In this document: positions 11,615-24,169 of the stretch, one piece after another
Position numbering within the stretch: the first letter of the stretch is position 1
How the letters are laid out: each line of letters begins with the position of its first letter
The notes under the pieces: generated by a model
Databases searched by the model: none
Told to the model about the DNA's origin: nothing
What the model saw: the letters and a program-made list of their open reading frames with translations, nothing else
Assembly: GCA_038087875.1 (NCBI GenBank)
Contig: CM075982.1
Location: 33,356,001-33,420,000, forward strand
Direction of reading: 5' to 3'
Length of the DNA: 64,000 bases
From: Malacoraja senta
Taxonomy: Eukaryota
Position numbers and translations under genes: made by a program

Positions 11615-12726
11615 AGCTGCACCGCTGGGCCCCGCACCTTGCTGTCGGCTGGCGGAGGAGGGAAAGCGGTGGCGAGGAGTCCCAACCGCCACCCCCTTTG
11701 GCGGCGGCACTTGGGGTTCGACAGGGATGGCCAAGGCAGCGGGGCGATGTTGTCCGAGGAGCGCTGACCTTCCTTCCTCCCCACCTCCTCTGCCCCTTCC
11801 CCCCCCTCTCTCTCTCTCTCTCTCTCTTGTACGCCCCCTCCACCCCTCTTATCCTGGGACCCCTCCTCTCCATCCTGCACTGATCCCCATTCCCTCCTCT
11901 ATTCAGTCCTCACTGACATCCCCTGTGCTCCCCTCCCCATCTACCCCGCCCCAATCTATTCATCACCCTACCCACCTCGCATTCTACCAACACGTACTAA
12001 TTCACCTGCCTCAATCCATCCATTCCGCACCGATTGCCTTCTCAACCCCCCCCCCCGCCATCTATCCACCCCGCATTGATTCAAACACCCCCTGACCCTA
12101 TTGTGTTTCATGGTCTTCAGAGCGAACATTGACTATGTTTGATAACGGAATGCAATCAAATGTGTTTTAATTCCCAATGTTATTATTTGTTTTGACACCT
12201 TTAAACATATTACCAAAAGAACATTTGCTGCAGTTATGTACTTTGGCCATCTCTTGTCAGTTAGTGTAATGTTTAACCTGTCAGATGGGTATAGTCGGAT
12301 TTAACAGCTATCATCATAAAATGCCTTTAGAAATTTCCTTGCAACCTGTATATTTTGTTTTGTATAAATTATGTGGGAAGTGAGAGTGTTTCTGTACCAA
12401 TAGCAATAACGACCCATGCTGAGGGCATGTCATGATAATTTTCGGTCTTTCACAGAGAACATGCTTGCATCAATCTGTAGTGTGCATGGTTAAGCATACC
12501 ATGGTCCAGGATTTATTGACACAGGTTGATCATATGCTGAATAATCCAACCACATTTTTGTTTCGAAGTGGAAAGAACTAATAGAAATTGCATTAATTGC
12601 AATGTGTAAAAAGAGTTGAGATATTGGATTATGATTTTGCTGCATGTCATTGTGGTATATATCATGTCTTGATTGGTGAATATGTTTAGTTTGTGAGTTA
12701 TTTGAAGCAGAAATAACATGTGAATG

Positions 12727-12916
12727 TAGACAAAAGTGCTGGAGAAACTCCGCGGATGCAGCAGCATCTATGGCCGAAACCCTTCTTCAGACTGATGGGT
12801 TTCGGCCTGAAACGTTGCTTATTTCCTTCGCTCCATTGATGCTGCTGAACCCGCTGAGTTTCTCCAACACTTTTGTCTACCTTCGATTTTCCAGCATCTG
12901 CAGTTCCTTCTTGAAC
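12727..12916. mobile_element. Fold-back short element derived from Penelope pseudo-LTR, 14-bp TSD
   Basis: Arms GTAGACAAAAGTGCTGGAGAAACTC / GAGTTTCTCCAACACTTTTGTCTAC. ATAA(C/T)ATGTGAATG at 12713-12726 and 12917-12930. Homologous to 38800-38897. Confidence 0.75.
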
Positions 12917-13125
12917 ATAATATGTGAATGCTTCATTGAGCATAATTCCGGCTGGTAACTACGCACTTCGTCCGAGCACATTATTGCACACGTCATGCAA
13001 ACTGTCTTAAATGACCACCTAAAAAGCTGTCAACAGAGAAAAAAGGTTAAGTGAGAGCCCTGACTCAGGGATTCATTAATTAGTTTACCTTGTTTTCTCG
13101 ATGTCTTCAAGAACAATTAAGCACT

Positions 13126-13415
13126 TAGAAACATAGATAGAGACATAGAAAATAGGTGCAGGAGGAGGCCATTCAGCCCTTCGAGCCAGCACCGCCATTC
13201 ATTGTGATCATGGCTGATCGTCCCCAATCAATAACCCATGCCTGCCTTCTCCCCATATCCCTTGATTCCACTAGCCCCTATAGCTCTATCTAACTCTCTT
13301 AAATCCATCCAGTGATTTGGCCTCCACTGCCCTCTGGCAGGGAATTCCGCAAATTCACAACTCTCTGGGTGAAAAAGTTTTTTCTCACCTCAGTCTTAAA
13401 TGGCCTCCCCTTCGA
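13126..13415 (-). mobile_element. CR1 3' tail fragment inserted in the ERV RT
   Basis: AGAAACATAG...AGGTGCAGGAGGAGGCCATTC tail; ERV frame resumes at LEFKRKSTLVQY. Confidence 0.85.
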
Positions 13416-16246
13416 CCCTTGGAGTTTTAAAAGAAAATCCACTTTAGTACAGTACGTGTATGATTTGTTGGTGGCTAGTATAGATGAACAAAGTAATCGT
13501 GAGGTCACTGCTCAATTATTAAATCACTTGGCAAATTTAGGATATGTGGTCTCTCAGTCCAAGGTATTGATGGCTCAACAAAGAGTGAAATTTTTAGGAG
13601 TGATAATTTCAGCTACAGAAAGAAGATTAGAAAAGAGCAGACTCAAACCAATTTGTGAATTTCCTATTCCTAAAGAAGCAAAGCAAATTTGACTATGGCT
13701 CGTATGGTGAATTACTGTTGGTCCTGGATCCCTAATATTGCACTAGATACCAAAGAATTGACATCCTATACTAGCTTGGAGGGTGAATTCCAGTTATCCA
13801 AAGAAGCTCAGGAGGCTTTTGAAAATCTGAAGAGATCATTAATGCAGGCCCCAGCACTAGGATGACCACTCTATGACAGACCCTTCCAATTCTACTGTAC
13901 CATTCTTTCTGAGTCCTCACCCAAAAACATGGGGATAGGCACAGACCTGTGGCTTACTATTCATCTAAACCCCATTCAAGGGGACACCCATTATGCACCC
14001 AAATGCTGACCGCCATTTATAATAGTTTACCATTTGTTGCAAATCTGATCTTACAGCAGGAGATAGTAGTATACAGTTCCTATTCAGTGGCAGCCTTGTT
14101 ACGACAGATCCAAACTCAGCACCTAACAATGGCTCGTCAAAATAAATATAAATTTACCTATTGAACAATCCAAAACTCCAATTTAAACATTGGACCACAA
14201 TTAATCTGGCATCTTTTCTTGTTTCACCACCAGAGGACAATGACTGTTTCTTTTATAATTGAGGAAGAAACATCCGTAAGGGAGGATTTGAAATACGCTC
14301 CTATAGAGTACCCTGACATGACATTGTACGTAGATGGGATTGCATCCATTGAACCCTGCGGAGAGAAATTGTCTGGGTATGCTATTATAGATCAAGATGG
14401 AAACAACGTAGTAGCAGCTGCCTTTGAGTCACCTTATTCAGCACAACGGGCTGAATTGTTTCCTTTGATTAGGGCTTACATTATTGGGAAAATTTTAAGG
14501 GTGAACATATATACAGATTCTAGATATGCCATTCAGAATAGTACATTATTTCGGGCAACTATGGAGAAATACAGGATTCCTAACCTCGGCAGGAACTCAA
14601 ATATCTAATAAGCAGTTGGTGACAGATTTATTAAAGGCCCTGATGCTACCTAGACAAATTTCAGTGATGAAGTGTAGTGGACACACAAAAGGACAGACCC
14701 CGACAGACATTGATAATCATTGTGCTGACCAAGCAGCAAAGGAGGTATCCCGGGAACGTAAGAGGGTGGTGCCAAAAATGATGAGGCAGACTAAATGTTT
14801 AGGTAACAAGTCTCCCTCGGAAAAGCCAATGCCAACCATCCAGGAAATTATTCAGTTGCAGGAAGAAGCTTCTGAAGGGTATGTAAAATTATGGAAACAG
14901 CTTGTGTGTAGAATAGATTGCATGACTGGGGTTTTGGACTACTCCGGCAGGGCAGACTTGTATGACAGATCCTCTTGCAGTTTAGGTTGTGGAGTGCATG
15001 CATTTTGTGACTCATTGTGGTGCACGAGCAATTGGAGACACTCTCTTAGCTACTTGGTGGCATCCAAGATTACAAACTTTGGCCCAGAAAGTGAGTAGCT
15101 GCTGCATTATTTGCCAGAAGTACAATCCTGGAAAAGGAGTAGGTTGTGGAGATGGGAAGATACCTTTGTCCATGGGTCCTTTTGAAACTTTACAGATGGA
15201 TTATATCGAGCTAGAGAAATGCCAGGGAAACAGATATGTACTCATAATAGTCGATGTTTTCAGCAGATGGATCGAGGCCTATCCAACACTTGATAACAAA
15301 GTGGCTACTATTGTCTAGATGCTTACGAGAGAAATTGTCCCCAGATTTGATATCTCAGAACTATGACTTAATTCAGACCATCGTCCTCATTTTATTGGGC
15401 AAATTAATAAAGAATTCTGTGAACAGCTCGTTTTCCAACAGCAACTACACTGTGCTTATCGACCACTGGCTGCTGGACTTGTAGAAAGGCAAAAATCAGA
15501 CCTTGAAAACGAAATTAGCTAAATTGAAGGCGGAGACAGCAATTGGTTGGATCAAATAACTTCGCATAGCTTTATTTCAAATTGCGTGTCACGCCTGCAG
15601 GGAAATCTAGCCCAGCTGAAGTTATTTATGGTAGACCTTTGAAAACCCCTTCGAACCAGAATGCAATGAAAGTTATGAATTTCCATCATATGACTGCGGA
15701 GATGACCGACTACATTCTACACTCGAGCACTAGGAGATTTGCATTGTAGGGTGCGAGCAGCGTATGGTGAGTTGCCTCTGTGACTTCTACTAAGGAGGAG
15801 CCTGGAGACTATGTCCTTGTAAAGAATTGGGTAAGGAAAGGGTTGGAGGTTCATTGGGAAGGACCTTGCCCGGTTCTCCTAACGACTCCCTAACAGCAGT
15901 GAAGGTAGAAATGCATGGGTGCATCTACACCACTGCAAGAGTATCAGTGGAAGAGCAGGCTGCTGACTTATTTTATCCAGAAATCTCTTGGGTAACATCA
16001 TACTCATCGAGTGTCAAGAACAGATACACCCAACAAGATGGGTGGAGGGGATTCACGCCCATGAAAACTCGGGAGGTTAAGACTCATCAGTCAGAAATCA
16101 TAGAGCTACGCCCATGCAAACTCGGGAACTTCTTTGGAGCTCTGAGAAATTACATCATCTTCATGTTAGATTATCTGGTTATCTGGCTAGATCTGTGCTA
16201 TCTTTTTTTGTATTATTTGTTATCATAGTATGATAAAAGAGGGGAA

Positions 16247-17020
16247 TGATAATATTAGCCAATTTAGTGTGTGACAAATGGAGGATTTCTGCCATTGCAA
16301 AACCTGCTTGGCATCTTTTTGCAAAAGGCTGCAAAGACCATGAGGAGCATGGCTCCAGATGTCTGTGACTTGGGAGGAAGTTAAGTACAGGGTGATGTCC
16401 AGATGTCCTCCAATTGATAATATATATGAGGGTTTTGAAGAAGGAGCTCGGTCCTGCTGCAAATACATGATCAGGATTGGTTAAGGAATGGGGTGTTGTA
16501 AAAGTATTTTAAACTATGTTGAATGGTCTTGGACTGTTATTTGTGATTGCTCCAGGAGAGGGGCCTTGCCCAAATTGTTTATGTTACCTGGTAAAATGTT
16601 TCTTTACTTAAGGGAACTGTCTTCCATTTAGAACCTTCTGTAGAAACAATGTAATGGGGTATTTTGTGATTGGGTTAGGGAACTGTCAATTAATGTGTTA
16701 TATGATCTTTATTTGTGTTTGGCTTGTAGGGGTTGCCCCCCCCTCCCCATTTATTTCACGCCACGGGTCCGATATGGTATAAAAGAGGGGAGACCACATG
16801 AGACTGAGTCGATCTTCTAGGACCTTGCTGACCATCTGGAGGTGTCTATTTGCACGAGGCTGAAGGGCTTGGACGAATAGAGAGAAGGATAGGACCCACG
16901 GTGTTGGTTAGGTATCGTATAGGAAGTGTGTTCGTGTTTCAGAAATAAATAAGTTAGTTGACTCAGTGTTTTACTGAACCAGACTAACTGGGCGAGATTA
17001 GGAGCAAAATTACATAATCA
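16247..17020 (+). repeat. Probable 3' LTR of ERV A
   Basis: PPT AAAAGAGGGGAA (16235-16246) then TG; TATAAAA at about 16778; AATAAA at about 16944; CA ends at 17014 or 17020. No partner LTR in the window. Confidence 0.6.
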
Positions 17021-17364
17021 GGCGAAAGGGGCAGTGGAGGTTCAGTGGGCCAAGATTAGAGCTGAGAGTCAAGGCAGCCAAACCACTGTGGGTAGTTGGA
17101 GAGTGCAGAGATATGAAGATTTAAATTGGGACCACAGATGGAGAAGAGCAAAGGTTTCAGAGGGTTGCAGGACTGGAAGAGGTTCCAGAGAAAGAGAGGG
17201 AGTGAGGGCCTAGGAGAGATTTGAACATGAGGTGGAGAATGCTAAAACTGAGTCAGGGAACTGGTGTAGCAAAGCATTAACACACACTCTGTTCATTGCC
17301 CTGCGAGAAGGCTCCAATGTCCACAGTTGGTGACCCCCAAGACTTCACTAATCAGCTCGCAGAT

Positions 17365-17770
17365 CCAGAGACACAAGAAACCGCAGGTGCTGGAATCATG
17401 GGTAAAACACAAAGTGCTGGAGTAACTCAAGTTTCAGGTAGCATCTCTGGAGGACATGGATACGTGATGTTTCCGGTTGGGTCCTTTCAGACTGACTGTA
17501 GAAGGAGTGAGAAAGCTGGAAAAGAGGCTGCAGATCCACATAGGAATGGCAGAGACCAAGCACCTGTTAATTTGATACAATCACCACTTTCTCCATGTCT
17601 CCAAATTAACCTGAAAACCACAAGAGAAGCCTATGAGAAAATAAGATTTTGCAGAAACTGGTTTACACAAAAGGACACAAAGTGCTGCAGTAACCCAGTG
17701 GTTCAGGCAGCATCTGTGGAGAACATAGAGAGTTGATGCTTCGAATCAGGACCCTTCTTCAGACTGAAAA
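17365..17770 (-). mobile_element. Two Penelope pseudo-LTR-derived short repeat fragments
   Basis: ACACAAAGTGCTGGAGTAACTC...GCAGCATCTCTGGAG...CCCTTCTTCAGACTG motifs shared with 37575-37690 and 59101-59200. Confidence 0.6.
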
Positions 17771-19069
17771 GCCAATGAGATTACCTTTCTTTCTGCTGAA
17801 CTCCAGCAAGTACGGATCGACGCTACTTCACCGGTCCTTAATCTCAGGTGCCAACTTTTAGATGGAACACAACATTTACAGAAGCTGGAATTCCGAGACA
17901 AAGACGGACCATGCTGGGAATCATCAGCAGCTCAGGCAACTTCTGTGGAGAGAGAAGCAGAGCTGAGACATTTCACTTGCTCCCCAGGAGATGCTTCCCG
18001 ACCAGCCGGGTACTGTAAACCCTCGTTTTAATGTAGCCCGTTATAATGGATTTCGGATACAGCGGACGGAACTGCTGACGCCATCCAGGCTCGTACCATC
18101 TCACCAGCCGTTCAGAGCCCCGGCATCCAACCCCACCTCCAACTTGCAAGGTGCACTAGCGAGCACTTCTTTACATATAGCAAGGTCTGACTGACGCATC
18201 TGTTGTTGGGAATCACGTTGTAATGCTTTCTTTGGGCAACTGACACTGACAGACACTCTCAGTCCCTATGGGGCTCTCACGTGCTGCTGCTTTTTGTGTT
18301 GGCGGTACGTTTGTCCGCTCCCGTCTCGACCGCCACTGCCCACTTGGCCTCTCCCCCACCCCCACCAGATACTCATTATTTCCCCACACAGTCACCAACA
18401 TACTCAACTTTGGAGGCGGCAACAGGTCAGCCCCACGGTGACCGAAGGCGTCTTGTCGTTGGCAGCAGCCTGAAAAAAAGCGTTGTCGGCCAGCACTACA
18501 ACACGAGCCACAATAACAGCCACGCCAAGAAGGGCTCGCTGATGAAGACCAGTTCCATTGACGCCTAGTTTTAAGGTCAAACGACACAAAATGCAGTGAC
18601 TCAGCAGACTGAATCAGGGTGAAGAAGGCTCCCGATGTCGCCCACCCACATTCTCCAGAGATGCTGCCTGGTCTACTTTGCAAATTTGTGTACGGTCTCA
18701 TTGAAGTCCACTAACCTTACATTGCCACCAACGCATTGCTATGCTTATTAATTATTGTGATTATATATGGTATGATTTTACTGAATTGTATGCAAAATAA
18801 GGAATTTCACTCTACGCTGGTACACGTGACAATAATAAACCTAAACTTGTCCCTTTAGCTGCAGTCGCACCCACAGGCAGGAGATCAGGACCAGACCCAC
18901 ACTTCCACTATTGTCTATTGTCCATCCCGGGACGGCTGCGGCCGGACCCATGTTTAACCCCTGGCTCCCATCCCCTCTCTTCTCACCTCTGCCGAACACA
19001 CCGGGCCCTGCACTCTTAAGATACCTCTGCTCCGCAACACTACTCAGGGCCCTCCGATATGATACTCAA

Positions 19070-20000
19070 GGTAAAGGAACCAATGTGAGGTAGCGATCAT
19101 AACATGACAAGTTTTAATCTGCAATTTGATAGGGAGAAGGTGAAATCGGATATATCGGTATTGCAGCTGAGCAAAGGGGATTACAGAGGCATGAGGGAGG
19201 AGCTGGCAAAAGTTGACTGGAAAGAGACCCAAGCAGGGGTGATGGTGGAGCAGCAATGGCAGGAATTTCTGGGAATAATCCGAAAGATGCGGGATCTTTT
19301 TATTCAAAAGAGGAAGAAAGATGCAGGGGGAGAAAGAGGCGATCATGGCTGACAAGGGAAGTCAAGAACAGTATAAAACAAAAAGAGAAGGCACATAGCA
19401 AAGATTAATAGGAAACCAAATGACTGGGAAGCTTTTAAAGAACAACAGAAGGTAATTAAAAAGGCAATACGGGAGAAAAGGTGAAATACGAAAGTAAGCT
19501 AATCAATAATATAAAAGAGGATAGCAAGAGTTTCTTCAGTTATATAAAGAGTAAGAAAGAGGCTAGAGTGGAAGTTGGGCCGCTGGAAAATGATACAGGA
19601 GAAGTGATAATGGGGAATAAAGAAATGGCAACTTTTTTTGCTGCAGTCTTCACAGTGGAAGACACCAGCAACGTGCCTGAAATTCAAGAGAGTCAGGTGT
19701 TGAAGTTTGTGGAGCGGCTATTACTAAGAAGAATGTACTTGGGAAGGGCTGAAGGTGGATAGGTCACCTGGACCAGATGGACTGCACCCTAGCTTCCTGA
19801 AAGAGGTGGCTTTATTTTGGAAGCATTGACAGTGATATTTCAAGAATCTCTGTAGACAGGAGAACTCAAATGATTGGAAAATTGCCAATATTACCCCGCT
19901 GCACAACAAGGGAGCAAAGCAGAATAGTGGGAACTATAGGCAGATTAGTCTGACTTCAGTAGTTGGTAAAATTTTAGTCCTTTATAAAGGAGTCAATCTG
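19070..20000 (+). mobile_element. Decayed CR1 ORF2 fragment (end of endonuclease to start of RT)
   Basis: KGDYRGMREELAKVDW; KYESKLINNIKEDSKSFFSYIK; NYRQISLTS; many frameshifts. Confidence 0.85.
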
Positions 20001-20994
20001 CATTCGCCATTCCTCAGCCCACTAGCCCAGCTGATCAAGAGCCTGTTGTAACGTTTGACAACAATCTGACATTGACCGCAGTCTCTGGACCAGCACGGCA
20101 AGTGGGCTGTGGCAGTACAGATTCCACCGATGCTTCTGCACTGAGGAATTCGGGTGCCTGGGGATTAAAGACAGCGACGTGGAGAGAGTCACCCGTGATT
20201 GTAGCAAGTAAAGGAACAGGCCCATTGTTGCTCTTCTCTGATGTGTCCTGGAATGAAGCATTGACTGAATTCATTGGATCACCGTTATGTCCATCGGTGA
20301 GCGCGGAGTGTGCGAGTGAGGTTTCTGTGGATAGAGGCCACGAGCCCCTGATCCCACCCACCCCCCCCCCCCCGGGTAGTTGTGATATCCTAATGTTTCC
20401 CTGCTGCTGATCCCAGTCACCGCTCCTCCCGAATATTATATATTTATCGCAGCTGGAAACCTCGGCGATTTCTCTCTCCCGCAGCGAGCTCTTTCACAAT
20501 TATTATCAAATCAACTTACTATCAATTAAAATATTGAAGCGCATCGCTTGAAAGAGCAATGAAGTGCAATTTACGAAAATCTTTTTGAAAGACTCCATTT
20601 CAGGTTCATCGTCTTCCGGAGATTGCAGTTTCTTAATGTTAAATCATTTTTGAAAATGCTCCCCCACGTCTCCCTCCTCCCTCATAGGGTCCCAGCGACC
20701 GCGACACCTGCACCGCTTCACAAACAACCAAAAACAGCATCGATTTGTATAAAGGCAGCTAATTAAAGACCGCGCCAACACCGGCCGGGTCCCCATGGGG
20801 AAATGGCGAGAGCGCAGCTGCATCAACGCCGCTTAAACACAAGGGCTGGCGCCTCGGCTACTCGACCCATGAACCGTCGGCAACGTGGTGGTGACTGGAC
20901 TTAATGAGGCTGATGGAGGGAGACATGATCCAGTTCATCATTGAACCGAGTTATCGATTTCAAGTCCCAGCCCGTCAGGTTCCACATGCATGTA

Positions 20995-21720
20995 ATCCTT
21001 CTCAAAAACCTATGCTCTCTAATACTTCATTTTCCTACCCCGGAATAAAGTCTCTGCATTCACAGTATCTACCCGCCTCATGATTTTATAACTCTCTATA
21101 GGGTCACCCCTCAGCCTTTTGTGTTCCAAGGAATTAAGCCCTAACCTGCTTAACCTCTCCCTGTAACTCAGTCACTCCAGTTCTTGCAACACCCGTGTGA
21201 CTCTCTATGCATCTTTTCCAGCTTAATTACATGTTTCCAACATTAGAGTGACCAAATCTGAACACGACACACCTATTGTGACCTCATCAACGTTCCCTGC
21301 AACTGTCAGATACTAACTTCTATACTTGACTGATGCAGGACAATGTTCCGAAAGCTTTCTTGACTACCCAGTCTACCTGTGACGACACTTACATGGAACT
21401 ATGTACCTGTACTCTTAATCCCTCTGCTCTACAATACTTCCTATTTACCGGTGACGCCACGTTTAAGGAATTATGTACCTGTATTCTGGATCTCTAGGCT
21501 CTGGAACTCCCACCCTCGGGCCTTCATTGTGAAGCTCCTGCCCTAGATTGTCTTCCCAAAATGTAACGCATTGCAGTTATCTACATTGCACTCCATTTGA
21601 AGTTCTTCAGAGCACTTGTCAAGCAGATCAAGATCCTGTGTTAACCCCTGATAACCCCCTCAATGTCTGCATTACCAGCTATTTTGTGGCATCAGCAATC
21701 TGACATCATGCCTTGTACAT
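20995..21720 (-). mobile_element. Old, decayed CR1 3' fragment
   Basis: Degenerate homology to the RT C-terminal region on the minus strand (CAACTGCAATGCGTTACATTTTGGG; GATGAGGTCACAATAGG; GAGGGGTGACCCTATAGAG). Confidence 0.6.
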
Positions 21721-22399
21721 TCCTATGCATATTTGACAACTCCGACACCGAGGCACACCAGAGAAAATAGAATCTATAGGACAAGCTTCTAACATACCCT
21801 AAACTGCAATAGGTGAAGAGAGACTATTTAATCAATCAAGACGACCCAAGCTGCTTTGTTGTTATCGGGAAAGGCTGGTGCCAGGACACACAGGAAGGCA
21901 CCCGAACAGATTACCAAACGCTCCGGTCGAAATGTGGTCTCAAATAGTTGTTACTGGAGCACAGGGAGGCGCAGAGTTTAAGAAAACTCTAGAGCTCACG
22001 ACTATCTCAGCCGAAGGAAGGAACGTTCATGGCGGCCGCGGTTAGATTTAGGAACCAATATTTGTGAATGAGGCGAAGCAGAGGTGTTGGTGCTTGTGTG
22101 GCTGCAGGAGGGAGGTTCCTGGGTCTGGGTCGGCGGTTCTGTGGTGGGCTGAGGACAATGGGTGCGGTGCTCCCGATAATTAACTGCATGAAACTTCACT
22201 CGTGATGATCGCACTGTCCATCCATCGGTATAGAGATGGTGAAGGGGTGAAGGGTGTTGGTGAGTCACTGAGTCACGGTGAAAACCGAAACACAGTTGTC
22301 CAAGTGTAACGGCTTTTCACAGAATAGACGACTGGCTCTCAGAACAACCTGTACTAGAACTGTTGCCATACACCCGTTTTAATTATATATCTTGATCAG

Positions 22400-23050
22400 T
22401 TTAGATTCGTTCAGTTTAGAGATATAGCCCTTCGGCCCATCGGGTGAGCGCCGACCAGCGATCCCCGCATATTAACACTATCCTACACCCACTAGGGACA
22501 TATTTTTACATTTACCAAGCCGATTAACCTACAAACCTGGTCAAGTACGCTATGGACACATTGGCCTCATCATTCATGGTTTATTAGATATAGAAGTTGG
22601 GATGTTACCTTACAGCGGTACACATCACTGGTGAGACCACAGTTGGAGTATTGTGAGCAGTTTTGGTCACCCTACTATACTAAGACGATGTTATGCTGGA
22701 AAGAGTGCAGCAAGGATTTACGAGGATTTGGCCCTGACGAGGGCTTGCTCTATGGGGAGAGTTTGGGCAAGCTGTTTTACCTAGAGCATTTTACCTAGCG
22801 TTAGCGGAATTAAGAAGACGGGTTCAAGGTGAAAGGGAAACGATTTAATAGAACTCCGCGCTGAAACTTTTTCACACAGCGAGTGGTGGGTATATGAAAT
22901 GAGCTACCGGTGGCGTTAGTTGAGGCAGAAACCATAACAACTATTACTATATTTTGACAGGTACATAGATAGGGAATGTTTGGATCCATATGGGCCAAAC
23001 GCAAGCAGGTAGGATTAGTGTAGTGGGTGCACATCGATCCGCATGGACAA
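22400..23050. mobile_element. SINE 3' part (minus, about 22400-22540) followed by a decayed CR1 3' fragment (plus, about 22550-23050)
   Basis: AGTTTAGAGATATAG...CCTTCGGCCCA...CACTAGGGACA SINE tail; GGTGAGACCACAGTTGGAGTATTGTGAGCAGTTTTGGTC CR1 motif. Confidence 0.65.
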
Positions 23051-24169
23051 GCTGGGACGAAGGATGTGTTTCTGTGTTTGACTCTATCATCTAAAATGGG
23101 ATAAACGTATCCACATAAAGCATGCTATGTCATTAGTAACGTTGATTGTATCACTGGGTTCTACACTAGAAATAGTTTCATCCGGGGAACTCGTGAGAAG
23201 TGGCACTCGGAGCCAAACGTCTCCATATTGGGCCTAAACGTCACTGGACACAATACAGTCCATGTTAAACCATCTTTAAACTGCTGGAGTGCCACAGAGA
23301 GACGGGGTGCAGTCTGTGTCCGAAAGAACAAATAAATATAAATAACAGCGGAGGGTTGTACGTTCAGAAGGGGCTAGGGGTTAGAGTAGGTAAGAGGAGT
23401 GGAAAAGTTGAGACGGTTGATGTCACGCAGGGAGTTGGAAATAAAAAGATCCAAAGAGTTTAAAAAATATATATAAATAAGAGCGGAGGGTTGTACGTTC
23501 AGGGGGGAGAGGTTAGAATACGAAAGGGGCTTACGTTCCTTCTCTCCACAGATGCTGCCTGTCCCGCTGAGTTACTCCAGCATTTTGTGTCTATCTTCGT
23601 GGCGAGCGAGCTTTGTGGATTCACGTGGCTTCTATGAGTTTAACAACAGGAATAAAGGGGACATATGGGTGGTTATGTGTCAAAGAATGTAGAAAGACGG
23701 TCCTTGGTTATACTTCTTGGTAACACACGAACGGGCCTCAATAAAATGGCAGACGATTTAATACAATAAATGCCTTTGACTTTCACGAACAAAGTCCCAG
23801 CAGAACAACTGCCTGGTTGGAGGTTTTTTATCAAAGAGGAAGAGTTAAAAGCTACAAAAGGGGGCGAGAGCAGGATTCAGCCACGGAGATCCGAGAAAAG
23901 CAGAGGGGAAAATTAGATGAACAAGATACCTAAACGCAGGCCGAAAAATCTTCAAAAAAGATATAAAGGAAATGAAATAAAAGAAACGTTCACCATGGAT
24001 CGCTTTCGGACTGAGAGCGGAGACGTAAGTAAGGAATTGAGGATGTAGTAAAACAAATATATCAGAAGACAAAGGAAGCTCCCATATACCTCAGAGAACG
24101 AAAGGCCAGGGGGGCGCCGAACGAAAGATGCTAAATCGTGAGTGCTGTCCAATGAACCAGATATGATAA

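Larger units (their letters stand above)
11002..13062. mobile_element. Non-autonomous TIR DNA transposon (hAT-like), inserted in the ERV RT
   Basis: TIRs CAGGGCTCGAAATTAGC / GTTAAGTGAGAGCCCTG (13/17 match). Flanks CCTCAG / ACTCAG. Removal restores ERV codons R-L-P-Q-G-F-I-N. Confidence 0.75.
10665..17020 (+). mobile_element. Endogenous retrovirus A (class I/epsilon-like), decayed pol plus 3' LTR, env largely deleted
   Basis: RT (QSICNTPILAVPK..YRFIQDLRSVN; RLPQGF; QYVYDLL for YVDD), RNase H (LYVDG, SAQRAEL, IYTDSRYA), integrase (H..TH..WWHPRL..C..CQ; LQMDYI; VDVFSRW; GPY/F-like WEGP.PVLLTTP). Confidence 0.9.

Noticed and set aside
11014-12095. 288/208/122-aa GC-rich ORFs
   Set aside because: Low-complexity GA/GCAGAG/CCT repeats inside a non-autonomous transposon; no domain motifs.
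23335-23520. About 50-bp direct repeat (AAATAA.AGCGGAGGGTTGTACGTTCAG) at about 135-bp spacing
   Set aside because: Two diverged copies only, with no termini or function inferable.
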